64,000 nt of DNA from Camelus ferus. Taxonomy: Eukaryota. The stretch lies in contig NC_045696.1 of NCBI RefSeq assembly GCF_009834535.1, forward strand, positions 42,100,001 through 42,164,000, read 5' to 3'. The notes under the pieces are model-generated. The model was not told the origin of the DNA, did no database searches, and saw only the letters and a program-made list of their open reading frames with translations. How positions within the stretch are numbered: the stretch's first letter is position 1; every line of letters begins with the position of its first letter. Positions 36,258 to 50,308 of this stretch are shown piece by piece. A program made the translations under genes and the position numbers.

Positions 36258-39200
36258 ATCCTCTGGCCAAACTCACAAAGAAGAAAAAAGAGAGAGCACA
36301 AATAAGCAAAATAAGAAAGGAAAATGGAGAAATTACAACCAATAACATAGAAATACAGAATATCATACGAGAATATTATGAAAAACTATGTGGAACCAAA
36401 ATGGATAACCTAGAGGAGATGGACAAGTTTCTGGAAACATACAGTCCACCAAGACTGAATCAAGAAGAAACTGACCACTTGAACAAACTGATCACTAGAA
36501 ATGAAATTGAATTAGCAATAAAAACCTCTCTACAAATAAAAGTCCAGGACCAGATGGCTTCACCGGGGAATTCTACCAAACATTCAAAGAAGAACTCATA
36601 CCAGTCCTTCTCAAACTCTTCCAGAAGATTGAAAAGGAGGAAATACTCCTGAACTCATTCTATGAAGCCACCATCACCCTGATACCAAAACCAGGCAAAG
36701 ACACCACCAAAAAAGAGAACTACAGACCAATATCACTGATGAACATAGATGCAAAAATCCTTACCACAATATTAGCAAATAGAATCCAACAGCACATAAA
36801 AAAGATTATAAATCATGATCAAGTGGGGTTCATCCCAGGGACACAAGGGTGGTTCAACATACACAAATCAATCAACGTAATACATCACATCAACAAGAGA
36901 AAGAACAAAAAACACATAATCATCTCAATAGATGCAGAAAAAGCATTTGATAAAATCCCATGTATGACAAAAACTTTCACCAAAGTTGGTACAGAGGGGA
37001 CACATCTCAACATAATAAAAAGTATATATGACAAACCTACAGCCAGCATAGTATTCAACGGTGAAAAACTCAAAACCTTCCCACTAAAATCTGGGACAAG
37101 ACAAGGCTGCCCACTATCACCACTCTTATTTAACATAGTTTTGGAAGTCCTAGCCACAGCAATCAGGCAAGAGAGAGAAATAAAAGGGATCCAAATTGGA
37201 AAAGAAGAGGTAAAAGTGTCATTATATGCAGATGACATACTATATATATAGAAAAGCCTAAAAGGTCCACACAAAAACTACTAGAACTAATCGAAGAATT
37301 CAGCAAGGTAGCAGGTTACAAGATTAACGTTCAAAAATCAGTTGCATTTCTTTACACTAACGATGAATCAACAGAAAAAGAAAGTAAAGAAACAATCCTC
37401 TTTAAAATAGCACCCAAAGTAATAAAATACCTAGCAATAAATCTAACCAAGGAAGTGGAAGAATTATACACAAAAAACTATAAACCATTGATGAAGGAAA
37501 TTAAAGAAGACTTTAAAAAATGGAAAGATAGCCTATGCTTCTGGATTGGAAGAACCAATATTGTTAAAATGGTCACACTCTCCAAGGCAATCTGCAAATT
37601 TAATGCAATCCCTATCAAATTACCCAGGACATATTTCACGGAACTAGAACAAATCATAGTAAAATTTATATGGAGCCACAAAAGACCTAGAATTGCCAAA
37701 GCATTACTGAAGAAAAAGAAAGAGGCTGGAGGAATAACTCTCCCAGACTTCAGACAATACTATAGAGCTACAGTCATCAAGACAGCATGGTATTGGTACA
37801 AAAACAGACATATGGACCAATGGAACAGAATAGAGAGCCCAGAAATGGACCCACAAACTTATGGTCAGCTAATCTTTGACAAAGGAGGCAAGAATATACA
37901 ATGGAATAAAGACAGTCTCTTCAGCGAATGGTGTTGAGAAAACTGGACAACAGCATGTAAATCAGTGAAGCTAGAACACTCCCTGACACCATACACAAAA
38001 ATCAACTCAAAATGGATCAAAGGCTTAAACATAAGACAAGATACAATAAACCTCCTAGAAGAAAACATGGGCAAAACATTATCTGACATACATCTCAAAA
38101 ATATTCTCCTAGGGCAGTCTACCCAAGCAATAGAAATAAAAGCAAGAATAAACAAATGGGACCTAATGAAATTTACAAGCTTCTACACAGCAAAGGAAAC
38201 CATAACTAAAACAAAAAGATAACCTACGGAATGGGAGAAAATTTTTGCAAATGAAACCGACAAAGGCTTGATCTCCAGAATATATAAGCAGCTCATATGA
38301 CTTAATAAGAAAAAAAAAAAACAAACAACCCAATCCAAAAGTGGGCAGAAGACCTAAACAAGCAATTCTCCAAGGAAGAAATACAAATGATCAATAGGCA
38401 CATGAAAAAATGCTCAATATCACTAATTATCAGAGAAATGCAGATCAAAACTACGATGAGGTATCACCTCACACCAGTCAGAATGGCCATCATTCAAAAG
38501 TCCACAAATGACAAATGTTGAAGAGGCTGTGGAGAAAAGGGAACCCTCCTACACTGCTGGTGGGAATGCAGTTTGGTGCAGCCACTGTGGAAAACAGTAT
38601 GGAGATTCCTCAAAAGACTAGAAATAGACTTACCATATGACCCAGGAATCCTGCCCCTGGGCATATATCCAGAAGGAACCCTATTTCAAAAAGACACCTG
38701 CACCCCAATGTTCATAGCAGCACTATTTACAATAGCCAAGACATGGAAACAGCCTAAATGTCTGTCAACAGGTGACTGGATAAAGAAGATGTATATTTAT
38801 ACAATGGAATACTATTCAGCCATAAGAAAGGCAACTTAATGCCATTTGCAGCAACATGGATGTTCCTGGAGAATGTCATTCTAAGTGAAGTAAGCCAGAA
38901 AGAGAAAGAAAAATACCATATGTGAGATCACTCATATGTGGAATCTAAAAAAAAAAAAAATGAACATAAATACAAAACAGAAACAGATTCATAGACATAG
39001 AATACAAACTCGTGGTTGCCAAGGGGTTGGGGGGTGGGGGGTGGGAAGGGACAGACTGGGATTTCAAAATTTGTAGATACTGACAGTCCTATGTAGAATA
39101 GATAAGATTATACTGTATAGCACAGGGAAATATATACAAGATCTTGTGGTAGCTCACAGCGAAAAAATAAAATGTGACAATGAATGCATGTATGTTCATG

Positions 39201-39320
39201 AATAACTGAAAAATTGTGCTCTACATTGGAATTTGACACAACATTGTAAAATGAGTATAACTCAATAAAAAATGTTAAAAACAATTCTAAGAAAAACCCC
39301 AATAAACAAAAAAACCCCTC
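36258..39320 (+). mobile_element. Young 5'-truncated L1: ORF2 (RT and C-terminus, with a few frameshifts/stops), 3'UTR and A-rich tail
   Basis: Near-canonical ORF2 peptides [113 protein letters not shown] near 39264. Confidence 0.97.
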
Positions 39321-39544
39321 TCTACCACAGAATCTTACCTTCAGCATTTTTTTCTTTTACGTAAGAAATTTTTCAAGAGTTTTTTTTTTTTTTTTAAACA
39401 TTGTTACCCTTTGAAGTAGTAGCATGTCATCCTCTTGCTTAGTATCTCAATGATTGGGTAATTCATTTACCATTGTATTGAATTATGGATTAGTAGATTC
39501 AATTCTTGGACTATCCAGCAGGAGTGATCTTAGGTATCAATCAC

Positions 39545-39625
39545 CAAGTCCAACCCTCTCACTGTTTTATAGATGAGGGAACTGAGGCCATGAGAGGTTA
39601 AATGATTTGCCTAAGATTAACTAGG
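39545..39625 (-). mobile_element. MIR fragment
   Basis: ttttatagatgagggaactgaggccatgagaggttaaatgatttgcctaag. Confidence 0.75.
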
Positions 39626-39659
39626 AGGAGGAATGACAAGTCAGGATTTATTATTCCTG

Positions 39660-39991
39660 TGCACTCTTCTGAAAGAGAATTTTTTTTTCACTTGTACGGG
39701 AATACAAGAATATATATATATACGTGTATCTGTGTATAGTCTTCATAAAATTTATATAATATCAAATCATAAAGGGTGAAAAGAATTAAGTTTTCTTTCT
39801 CCTTTTCCCTTTCTCTGTGTAAATATTGTTGGTTCCTTTTCTATTCACATATGTACAGGGGTATATACATAAGAAAATAATGAAACATAGTTTAAAAATA
39901 TTAATAGAGCTCACATTTCTTGTGCTCGGCAGCTTGCTTTATTTTGCTTGTAAAATTGTATTTTTTGAGTAAGTATATATTTATGTGTGTG

Positions 39992-40022
<31 letters not shown>

Positions 40023-41030
40023 ATTTAAAAGATTTGAGAATGTGAAAATTCTCTCATTTCCCTCTGTGTCTCAGTCATGCAGTTTTACCTGGAGGCAACC
40101 AGTGTTACCACTTTCTTGTGTAACTACCTGGAGAGATTCTTTGCTCATACAAGTCTTTACCCACTGTTTACAAATTTTTTTGTACCTTACTTAAACCCTA
40201 ATATTTCTTGGAGATTATTCCAGATGAGCAGATAAAAAGGCTTCTGTTTTTCTTTTAATGGTTGCAGCAGTATAGCATGTAGTACAGTTCTGTAATAATT
40301 CATCTTAGTGATAGTGTCACATGGTATTGCATCATGTGGGGCTCTCATAATTTATTTAACCCGTAACCTATTGATTTAGTTTGTTCCCAATATTTCCCTA
40401 TTTAAAAATCATGGCAATACATAACTTTGTATATAGGGTATTTCACGCATATAAAAGAACATTTATGAGATAAATTCCTGAAGTGGCATTTCTGGGTCAA
40501 ATGTGTACATTTGTAATTTTGACAGATATTACCAAATTGCCCTTCATGGAGTTCATGTCAGTTTACTTCCCTCCAGCAATATATGAGATGCAACTTGCCT
40601 TCCCATGACAGTACCTAGAAATTTGCTACATTCTTTGTCATGCCTTATTGGTCTTCCACAGATTGGCTGCCCCATAGTTTATTAATGGAGATATAATTTA
40701 TTTCCAGATTTTCAGTATTCCTAACAATGCTGCCTTGAACATTGGTGTGCCAGTTTGTGAACATCTCCCTAGGAAAATACCTAAATTTGGAAATCCTGCT
40801 TCAAAGGATATGCACATGTTACGTTTTGACAGAAAATGCCAAATTTCTCTGAAGCAAATCATGCTCCCATGGAGGGACAACACAGTATCTGTTTCCACAC
40901 GCTTTTACCAAACTTAGGTATGATCATCAATGCACTTAATGTTTGCTGCTATGATAGTTGAAAATTAAAACAGCCGTTGAATTTTTATTTTTCTGATACT
41001 AGTGATGTTGAACATGTTTTCATATGCTGA
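39660..41030 (-). mobile_element. Very old L1 (L1ME-like) 3' fragments
   Basis: tttatttaacccgtaacctattgat...gataaattcctgaagtggcatttctgggtcaa...ttttgacagatattaccaaattgccc; second related block at about 40700-41030. Confidence 0.7.
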
Positions 41031-41544
41031 CTGTTCGAAAAGGGTAGTTAAAATCAAAGTCCTGGAGTGAGATTGTCTAGATGTGACCCCGGTGCTCTCA
41101 TTAGATGACTCTGTCAGTAACAAACCAAGGGCAGGTTACTTCACTGTCTGTGTCTCACAGGGACGTTACGAGGCTTTCAGGAGCTAATACTTGCAAAGTG
41201 CTTATGCCATAATTTATTTGATTCTCCCATTTCACTTAATTTAACTGGAGAAAGTGTATATCTATGCAGTGTGTGTTCTCCTGTCCAGTTATGTGGTAAC
41301 TTCTCTCATTTTTTCGGTTTCTTTTCAAGTGCCTTCATTTTTCTTTATGTACGTCTTATGCAGTTCTTTCACTTTGCTCCTAGGCACGTCGGATCGCCAA
41401 AACAGTTGAACACGCTGGAGTTAGGGAATCAGTTTTAATAAAGTAATAAACTTTCCTGCTATTTAGTACTGAGTCATTGTGCGGACAGTTTATACGATGT
41501 TACAGTGTCAGGCTGCTTTTATTACTATGTATTCCAGCACCGGA

Positions 41545-41700
41545 GCCCAGGAGCAGTATAATTAGGTCTGGATTCACATGCTAGTTCTGATTTTAACTGA
41601 GTTTTTTGACTATATCATTTTACCACTCTGGGCCAAGTTTCCTTACTGGAAGTGAGGGCATTAGATGTGCCGTCTTAAGGTCTCTTCTCAGTCTAAACCT
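41545..41700 (+). mobile_element. MIR fragment
   Basis: ggtctggattcacatgctagttctg...cactctgggccaagtttccttactggaagtgaggg. Confidence 0.55.
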
Positions 41701-42674
41701 TTACTGTTCATATTCTCAAAAAACTTAGTTGTCAAAGAGCCCAACCTCTGGGTTGGGGCCATGTTATCACAGGCTCTTTAGAAGGAAATCCGTTGACCAT
41801 AGGGCATAGTGAACAAGAGATTAAAAACTCACCTCCCCGACCATGCTCCCCAACAAGATGTGTACTTCTGGGGGAAAGTGATTTCTTATTTTCTTCTACA
41901 AAGTCATACCTCAGAGACCTAATTCAAAGCTCTTCTCTGGAAGTTACCTCCTTATTGGCCTCCTTTGATTTGGCAAATGCCACATCGAGGGAGGGACTCT
42001 TCTGCACAAATCCCTACAAAGGAAATGCTGAAATTCATCGCTGTCGGGGAAGATACAGAATCTGACAGGGTTTAAATCCCAGGAGAAACTTGGAGGGGGC
42101 TTGAAATAAAACATCTCTGTGAAACTTGGGCCCATGACGTTGATCTGGGGCTGGTGTGGTCCAATGACTACAAATATTAGATCAACACAAACTTAATTGA
42201 GTGAATGATCTCCTTTAATAAAACTGCCTGATGGGAAGGACCCAGTTAGGGTCTGAGGGGCAGAGAGAACAAAGAGCAGAGGTAACAGAGCAAATCGGAA
42301 GGGCAAGATGAGTCCCTGATGATAAGCCACACCAGCTGAGGTGACAGAAGAATGAGATTTAAGAAAACAGCATGTTGGGTGGGACCCATATGTTTTTCAA
42401 TCAACTAGTTAAGTGTTTTTCTTGCAGTGTCAGCTAAGATGTTATCTAGTTAGCCACCTTTTAATGTCAAGCTGGGCTTTCTCACTCCTCCTTCTAGTAA
42501 TGTTCCCCTTCATTTATTTACTCTAAACACTCCCCAGTGATGCATCATCAGCTATGTGCTACTTACTGTGATAGTCTGACCTTAAAGAGTTGACAGTCAC
42601 ATATTCAACCAGCCAGAGCAGTACATAATTTTGCTTATTTGTATCTTTCCTTCCCAAGCCCCATAACCTTATTT

Positions 42675-42880
42675 ATTTATTAAGCAAACACTTATATATG
42701 GCTTGCAATGTTGCAGGTAATGTTTTCCAGATGCCTTCATACTTCATGTTCATAAAAACCTTTTGGGGTGGGTGCTATCATCCTCATTTTATCTGTAAGG
42801 CAGTTGTGGGGCATAGAAGTTAAGTAACTCCCCCAAGGTCACGTAGTAAGTGGCAGGGCTGAGATCTGAACCAGAGGTCT
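42675..42880 (-). mobile_element. MIR SINE
   Basis: gtgctatcatcctcattttatc...aagttaagtaactcccccaaggtcacgtagtaagtggcagggctgagatctgaacc. Confidence 0.8.
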
Positions 42881-43564
42881 TCACAGTGTCAGTATGTTGC
42901 CTGGTCTTGAATTTGAACTGCTGATTGTTTCCAAAAAAGAAAAATATTTGAATGATGAACACAAGATCTAAATTTAACTGATTTCCTGTTGGAGAGGGAA
43001 AAAGTTCATTTTACTTTTGTCTTTCTTTTTTCCTTTTCTTAAATAAGAGCCATTTGCTTCTAAGTAGCTTTTGAAGCCTGTATCAGTTTAATTTTTCACT
43101 GTGCAGGAAATGACTTGAGAGCACTGGGTACAATGAGTGAATGATTTAAGTGTCCATTAGTGTTTCTTCCAAAGCTCGGACTATTTCTGTGAAGCCAAAC
43201 GAAAAGAGGCTGTTCTTGTGTTCACTTGAGCTCACATGACCCCCAGATCCTCTGTTCTCTAGGCTGTCCTGGTCTTTTGCTTATTAAACAACTGCTGATG
43301 GGATACCATTTGTGCATCAACACTGTGCAAATTGAGATGGGAATCCATGGAAATACAGGCTTGGTATCTGCCATTAATTAGCTTAAAATTTAGTAGAGGA
43401 GACTAGACACATACCCACATACACGCACCCCACCTTTAAATAGCCCTCACAGTCTGGCAGCATCTAAACAAGCACCCAAGAAAGGAATTCAGGGAATGGA
43501 ATGATCAATGGGTAAACTTTATGGAAGGGCTGGCTTTGGCTGGATGGGGAGAAGGCATGTTGAA

Positions 43565-44150
43565 CATGTGCACCTCTGCAGAATCTCTTGATCTCATCTG
43601 GTTCCAGGACTTAACCTTTTCCATCCTTCTGCTCTGCCTCAGCTGCTGGGCCTGACAGAGTCTGTGGCCTGTGAGGTTCCAGCACCCGAGCCCAGCCAGC
43701 TCTGAGCCTGGACTCTCCGGCTCCTCCCACCACTTTGAGACGTATATGAAGTATCACAGTCTTACGTATGGGCTCTGTCTTCCTAAACAGCTCTTAATCG
43801 GTCCAGGAGATAGAACCTAGAAGTGCGGGAGAGTTGACTTAGCCAAAGAAAAATAAAAGATGGAAAGGATTTGGACAGCTACGAACTCTTCCCCTTTCTT
43901 CCTCTGATGGGCTCATCCCAGACATAGTTTCTCTGAACAGCCTGTCTGGAGGCGTCCTGGGCAGCCTGAGCAGGTGCCCTGCCAGGTGCCTGAGATTCTT
44001 CAAGCTCACTGTGAAGTAGAAGCCATTGTTGAGCTTACCTCATGCTGCTTGTCATCTTTCCCTGCCTCCCTTTCCTCTTCCTTCGCTCTTGCCCCCAGGA
44101 TTGCACCTCCCCCAAATCTTGCCTCAGTTTCTGTTTTCTAGATGTCCTTG
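43565..44150 (+). mobile_element. Ancient ERVL-class LTR (LTR16/LTR40-like)
   Basis: ggagatagaacctagaagtgcgggagagttgac...ccccaggattgcacctcccccaaatcttgcctcagtttctgttttcta. Confidence 0.6.
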
Positions 44151-45990
44151 GAGAAAGATGGAAGAGAAGTCAATTTTTTTAGAGTACAGAATGTACAAAA
44201 GAATGGTCTGGGTTGGGAACATTTATATTGGAAATATCCAGTGTCAAATTTTAAAGGGCCAAGCTGAGAGACACAGTGGATTCTTTGAAGACTTTTGAAC
44301 AGAGGAGTGCATTGTGGAAACTGGGATTTAGGAAGGCAGATCAGGTGGAAATAAAAACTGGAGTGGTGGAGGTGGGGAGGACTGGAGGCAAAAAACCCCC
44401 AAAAACTAGTTATGATTTAAATGTGAGGATGAATGTAGAAATGAAATAGTAGATGAGGAATCTTAGGATGGCTTCAAGTCATCTTGGTAAAATAGGAAGT
44501 AAAGTCATTCGCTAGATGTGAGTAAGAGGAAGGTACAGTTGGAGGGTTGAGGGGGAGGAGACGGTCAGTGTACTTTCCTGAGGTCGTGCTCCTGAGTATC
44601 CTCAGTTCAGATTGGGTCATGGTGTTGTTGCTGAGCCGGGCTGTGTGACTCTAGGTCTTTCTGCTCTCCATCAGTGTGCTTCCAGGGCACACAGAGCAAT
44701 TCTCATTTCGTGATCAGTTTGTGTACTATAAAAAAGGAATTCCCAAAAGATTGATCAGATATTTACATGATCTATTCAATTTGGATCTTGTTAATTAAAG
44801 TCTGTTAATTTTGTCAATTAATTTTTGCTAACAGATTCATATCAATTTGTTAAATTTTGCCAATTAAAAGTGCTACTATGGAAAATGGTACTCACAGCAC
44901 TTTTTCAAGAACAGAGGAGCCCTGTGGTTGTATAGTGATTGGCTTTTCTTGTAAAGCCAGAGTAACCACAGAGCCCTCGAGCAGTCTGACGTTTGTCTAG
45001 ATCTTGCTGTTTGTGAGAAGGCAGAAGTGGGTGGAACAAACCATGTGTTCATTCTGGATCCGAAATGATAAAGTGTGTGCTCAGTTTTATGTATTTTTTT
45101 GTAATCCTAAGCTTCATTTAAAAATACTTTGGAAAAGTTTTTGAATTTTTGAGTACTTGATACGTTTTCCAGTTACTGAACACTCGGTTTTGTGTTGAAG
45201 TTCCCCATATCCAAGATTGTTTGCCTAAAAGAGAGAATAATTAATGTTCCAAAGCATTGCTTGAGTATAGTTGATATGCTGAGGCAGGTAAGCAGAGGTA
45301 GACTCTAAACCAGAGGAGAAAATTTATCTACACAGACTCTGAGGTGAGGATATTCAAAGGATCCTTAAATCAAAACAAACCAGAAACACCACAAAATGTT
45401 TGATTTTGTTGTGTAGGATATTTGGTTTCCAGGGCCATAGAGTGTTGTCTGGCTAGTGACTCAGACAGGAGCCTGCTTTTGACCCAGCTAGTCTTTCTGT
45501 GGAGGCACATGTACCAACGTGGGTTCTTCTCTAGGGGGTAGTATCCTGATAGAAATGCCCCAGTGGTCCTTCCATCAACGTGGTGATCCTCATGCGTATG
45601 AGGGATCTCATTTCCTTCATGCTCTCATAACTGCTCTCACAGAGATCAAGCCTGACCCAGAGGTGCGTGTCCCAGCTGCTCTCTGGCTGTGTTTATCGGT
45701 ACAGAGTCAGCTGCTTGTCATCAGTAACCAACTGGTTTCAGTTTCATCACGGGAAGCTGTGAGCCAGGAACAGGAATTAGAGATCAGCCACAGGCTTGTG
45801 GGAGTCTGCCCAGTGTCACAGGTGGAGAGCTGAACAGGCTGGGAGAGTTTCAGAGATGGGGGAGTTTCAAAAGTGAGGGGAGCAGTACATTTTGAAGTGA
45901 TGGAAGATGCCCCCCCCCCAAAGCACCATCTCAGCAAGGAAGTGTGAAGTCAAGGAACGTATGGAGGAAAACTGAACAAGACACAGACTT

Positions 45991-46350
45991 AAAAATTTTT
46001 TTTATTGAAGTGTAGCTGAGTTACAATGTTAGTTTCAGATGGACAGCAAAGTGGTTGTTCTACATTTACATATGTACATATATTTTCAGATTATTTTCCC
46101 GTTATAGCTTATTTTAAGAAATTGAGTATTGTTCCCTGTGCTACACAGTAGGTCCTTGTTTATCCATCTTGCATACAGTAGTGTATGTCTCTTAGTCCCA
46201 AACTCCCAGTTTATTCCTCACCCTGCCCCTTTCCCCTTTGGTAACCATAGTTTGTTTTCTATGTGCATGAGTCTGTTTTATGGTTTGTAAATAGAATTTG
46301 TATCTTTTAAAAAATTCCACATATATATGATATCATAGGATATTTCTCTG
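45991..46350 (-). mobile_element. Young L1 3'UTR fragment
   Basis: ttttattgaagtgtagctgagttacaatgttagtttcag...; TSD gacacagactt at 45980-45990 and 46351-46361. Confidence 0.92.
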
Positions 46351-47712
46351 GACACAGACTTTTTTTTTTTTTAAACTTGATTTTTTTTTAAACTCTCGCA
46401 CACAGGAGAAAGTGTGTGCTTTGAGTCGGCTCCTTTAACCATACCAAGTTGCCTATGCCAGAAGCCTTGAGCACTGCTTAAAAAATTGCTGCAAGATCAT
46501 AGAGACTCTCTGGGCTTACATTCCTTCAGATCATTTTCAGTCTTTCTACACATCAGCTTCCCTTGTTCCCCAGGCGCACTCGGCTGTCCTGCCTTGTGCA
46601 GGCCCAGTGGCATGTGGCTTTGGTCTGTTCATCATGGTTCTGACCTGGCAACCTCACATGATGCTGCCCGTAATAACTGTCTGTCTGCATCACGAATCTC
46701 ATTCACGGGCTAGACGTTTCCTGTATCTGTGCTGCCTGTGTCGCAGCACACAGGTGTCTAGTATTTATTGCTCAATCAGGCCTCTTAAGAAAGCTTTCTT
46801 TTTATGGAAAAAAACCCCATAAAAACAAAATAAAACAAAACTCAATCGACCAAGCAACTAATCAACCAGTCTACCCACCCAAATCCCCCAAGGTCCTCAC
46901 CTCTAGGGAGTGATTACAGGGCCCCAAAGAGGCTGCCTAGATTCCCAAGGCTGAAGGAGTCTTCCAGGCTGCAGCCTCTGGTCCCTACTTGGGATGCAGG
47001 TGACAAGTTGTGGCTTAGCCAGCAGGCTGCTTCACAGGTGCTCAGCGGGCCTCTCAGCCTTGCTGGTGCCAGCTTTTTAAGTGACCTGATGATGTCTCTT
47101 AAATTTACAGAACTGGCATTTTAAAGATGTCTAAGGGTGGCTCTGCAAAGTCCTGTTAGTTTCTTTGGATTTAAGGGTTTGCCATTCTGTGTCTTTTTTT
47201 TTTAATATAGGAGAATGAGATAGAAATTTACAGATCATAAGAGGCTTCCTTGCCAAATCCAGTGGTGTTAAATTCTTTTCTAAACTTCTCTGTGGGAATC
47301 TGCACCGTATAAGGTGTCTTTCTCATCACTCCTCTCATCTCTTACCTAGTGGTATTTCCTAAAACCTGGCCCGGAGTACTCTGCTTTATCTTTCTATACT
47401 TTCTTCCCTGGAGAGTAGGTCTATTTTGATTTCAACTTTGATTTTGACTTCTCCGTAGGTAATGCTTAATAATGCTCCATTTATCCAGCTCCAGATTTTC
47501 ACCTGAACTCTGATGCTCATTTATAGCTGCCTGCTTCGATCCTTCATCATTATGAAGTCATTCAGAAATCATTATGTCCCAGGCCAAACTTATTTTCCTT
47601 TAAAAGTTCCCTAATTTTCCCCCAGTTTTATATTCCTAAGCCTGGAATAGATAGTTTATTTTTCAGTCTCTACATGTATTTCACACCCTGTCTTATCAAA
47701 TCTTCTTTTAAA

Positions 47713-48022
47713 CAGTTTTTTTAAATACTGTAGACAGTATAGTCAGTTTACAATGTTGTGTTAATTTCTGCTGTACAGCATAGTGATTCAGTTATATGCA
47801 TATATATTCTTTTTCATATTCTTTTCCATTATAGGTTATTACAAGATATTGAATATAGTTCCCTGTGCTGTACAGTAGGACCTTGTTGTTAATCTATTCT
47901 ATATATAGTAGTTAGTATCTGTAAATCTTGAACTCCCAATTTATCCCTCCCCACCTGCTTTCCTCCCCATAACCATAAGTTCTCTTCTATGTCTGTAAGT
48001 CTGTTTCTGTTTTGTAAATATT
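47713..48022 (-). mobile_element. Young L1 3'UTR fragment inserted in decayed L2-like sequence
   Basis: gtatagtcagtttacaatgttgtgttaatttctgctgtacagcatagtgattcag; flanking repeat ttatcaa(a/g)tcttc(t/c)tttaaa at 47693-47712 and 48023-48042. Confidence 0.92.
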
Positions 48023-48664
48023 TTATCAAGTCTTCCTTTAAATAGTTCTTTACTTACTTTGTTCTCTTTTTCTTTAGTTTTCGTTGCTGCTCTCCATGTC
48101 TCATGTTCTTAAATGACAACTCCCCCTTGTCTTCCCGCTGGTAGGTGTGTCCTCTGCACACATCATTTTTACTGTGAAGTCTTTTTGCTTGCCATGGCCT
48201 GCAGGGCAAAGCAAAACCTCCTCGTCCCTTCTGCTTTCATTTACCCTACATAGTCAACCCTTTTCTTAGCAGGTTGGGGAGAACATGGATCCTGGGTGGC
48301 TGACAGAGAGGTGGGCTTGATAAGCAGGAGATGGAGCTTGTTATAAAGGCAGCTACAAAAGGAAAAAAAAAAAAAGGAGCTGTCTGCTCACTGATGCAGG
48401 TTTCTCAGATTTTGTATTGAACTGGGTTACTGTCCCATCAGTGTTGGGCACATAAAGTGAACTAGAGACCTAGATAGTAGCCTGGTGCAAATTTCAGATA
48501 AACACTTGATCTCTCTTGAGCTAATGCCAAATGAAATGGAAGGCAGAACATGGAACTGGAAATGAGATGATGCTATAGCAGGCTGGGTTTGAGTTAGACA
48601 AAGGAAAGAACATTGAGGAATTACAAGGGGACCAAGTAGAAGCTATTTTTCCCTTTCCTTAAAC

Positions 48665-48920
48665 CAGCACCACATCCTTTCCTGACTGACCGATCCGCCT
48701 TCCCTGACTTATTTTTCTCCTTAGCGGTTATTCTGTCAGACACATCCTATATTGTACTTGATTATTATTTGTCTCTCCCAGCCAGGATGCAGGTTCCACA
48801 AGAGCAGGGATTGTTTGCTTGTTTTGTTCACTGCTGCCTCCCCAGTTCCTTGAACTGTAATACATACTCAATATTTACATACATATTTGGATATATTTAT
48901 AAATACTTGCTAAATAAATG
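48665..48920 (+). mobile_element. L2 3' end
   Basis: ttgtctctccc...ggttccacaagagcagggattg...tgttttgttcactgctg...aaatacttgctaaataaatg. Confidence 0.75.
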
Positions 48921-50304
48921 GAGAGACTCTTTAGTGCAGAGCTGTTTACTTATTGGTCAGTCTGATTGGTTTTACCCTCAAACACATTAAATCTATTTCT
49001 CTTCTTAGTAATTCTTTATGCTGTTCACCTGCCTAGAACTTTTTACTGTCTCTTTAATTATGCAAATCCCACCCCTATTTGGGGTTTTGGTTTACCAGGC
49101 TGCATTACTAGGGGGAAGCTTTTCCTAGCATCCCAGGCCAGGTAGTCACTGACCTCTCAGTTCTTCTCAAGTGCTTGCTGTGCATACTGTTCATCTTTGG
49201 AATGATCCCAAACTCAGATGCTGGTATGCTTTGCTGTTCAAAGCCTCCTTCAGATCCTGATCTCACCCTTCCTGAACTTTACCTTCTCTGACTCTCAGTG
49301 TTATACTCTTTGGTCCTTAACAGGTGTCAGTTTTAGGTGTGTGCATTTTGCTCACTTATGTGCTACTTATTCATTTAACACATTCATCTAATCCTAGGAA
49401 ACAGAAATAAACTAGGTTCAATACAAGATGTTAAAGAAATAATATAATCTGGTAGAGTATACACTAGTTGATTTAAAACTCTTTAAAGGTAGAAACATTT
49501 AAAAATATTCTTTGTGTGTATTCTCACTCTGCCTCAAATAATGCTAGATATTTAGTGAGTTCAACCAATGTGCCAACTTATGGAAGGGTAAAACTTAAGC
49601 ATTGATTGGATTAAAATAATCTAAATTCCTATCACTTCATTTTACGGGTGAGGGTGCAAGAAGAGTGATTCACAGCTTGCCTGGCACAGAGGTATCTGAT
49701 GGAGGATCTGTGCTGGGACAAACCAGTGACCTTGACTCCAGGTCAAACACGTTTTTGCTATATCTCTGTATCACTGCCAAAGAGACAGTACAGAAAACCC
49801 AGCTGATTTATGTGAAAGTAACTGTGTTAAAAAGTACTGATGAAACCCAGAGGACTGATATCAATAAAATCAAATAACATAAAAGTGATTAGTATTCCTT
49901 GGATGCTCCTTTTGGCTAGAATTAGAGGATATGAAGGATTCTTTGGGAACAAATGCATCACACCAAATGTAAAATTCTTTGTGGCCACCATTGTGTGACA
50001 CTGCAGCCTCCGGTAATAACCCAGAAAAGAAACATTCTGATGACCCTTCCTTGGCTGTTCCTGGCTACCATTCTTTGACTCCATCTCCTGCCTCATCCTC
50101 TTTGCTTCTACCTAGTTAATAGACATCCTCTGGAACTGAGAAACTGGAGCCTCAGGGCATCCAGCCCCTTGCTGCCTCTTGGGCTACCTTGAGGTTACCA
50201 CAGAGCATCCACAAGAATCTTGGTAATTTTGATTTGCATCCTCAGTGTCCCTTCTGGATCTTCATTCTCAGCAAGGCTAAACCTTCACTCCCTCAATATT
50301 TCAT

Positions 50305-50308
50305 CTAT

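Noticed and set aside
36401..38839. L1 ORF2 pieces as an active retrotransposon or novel reverse-transcriptase system
   Set aside because: Ordinary L1: 5'-truncated, lacking endonuclease, ORF1 and promoter, with frameshifts and in-frame stops
45230..45840. Possible ancient LTR
   Set aside because: LTR-like composition, but I could not assign a family or termini
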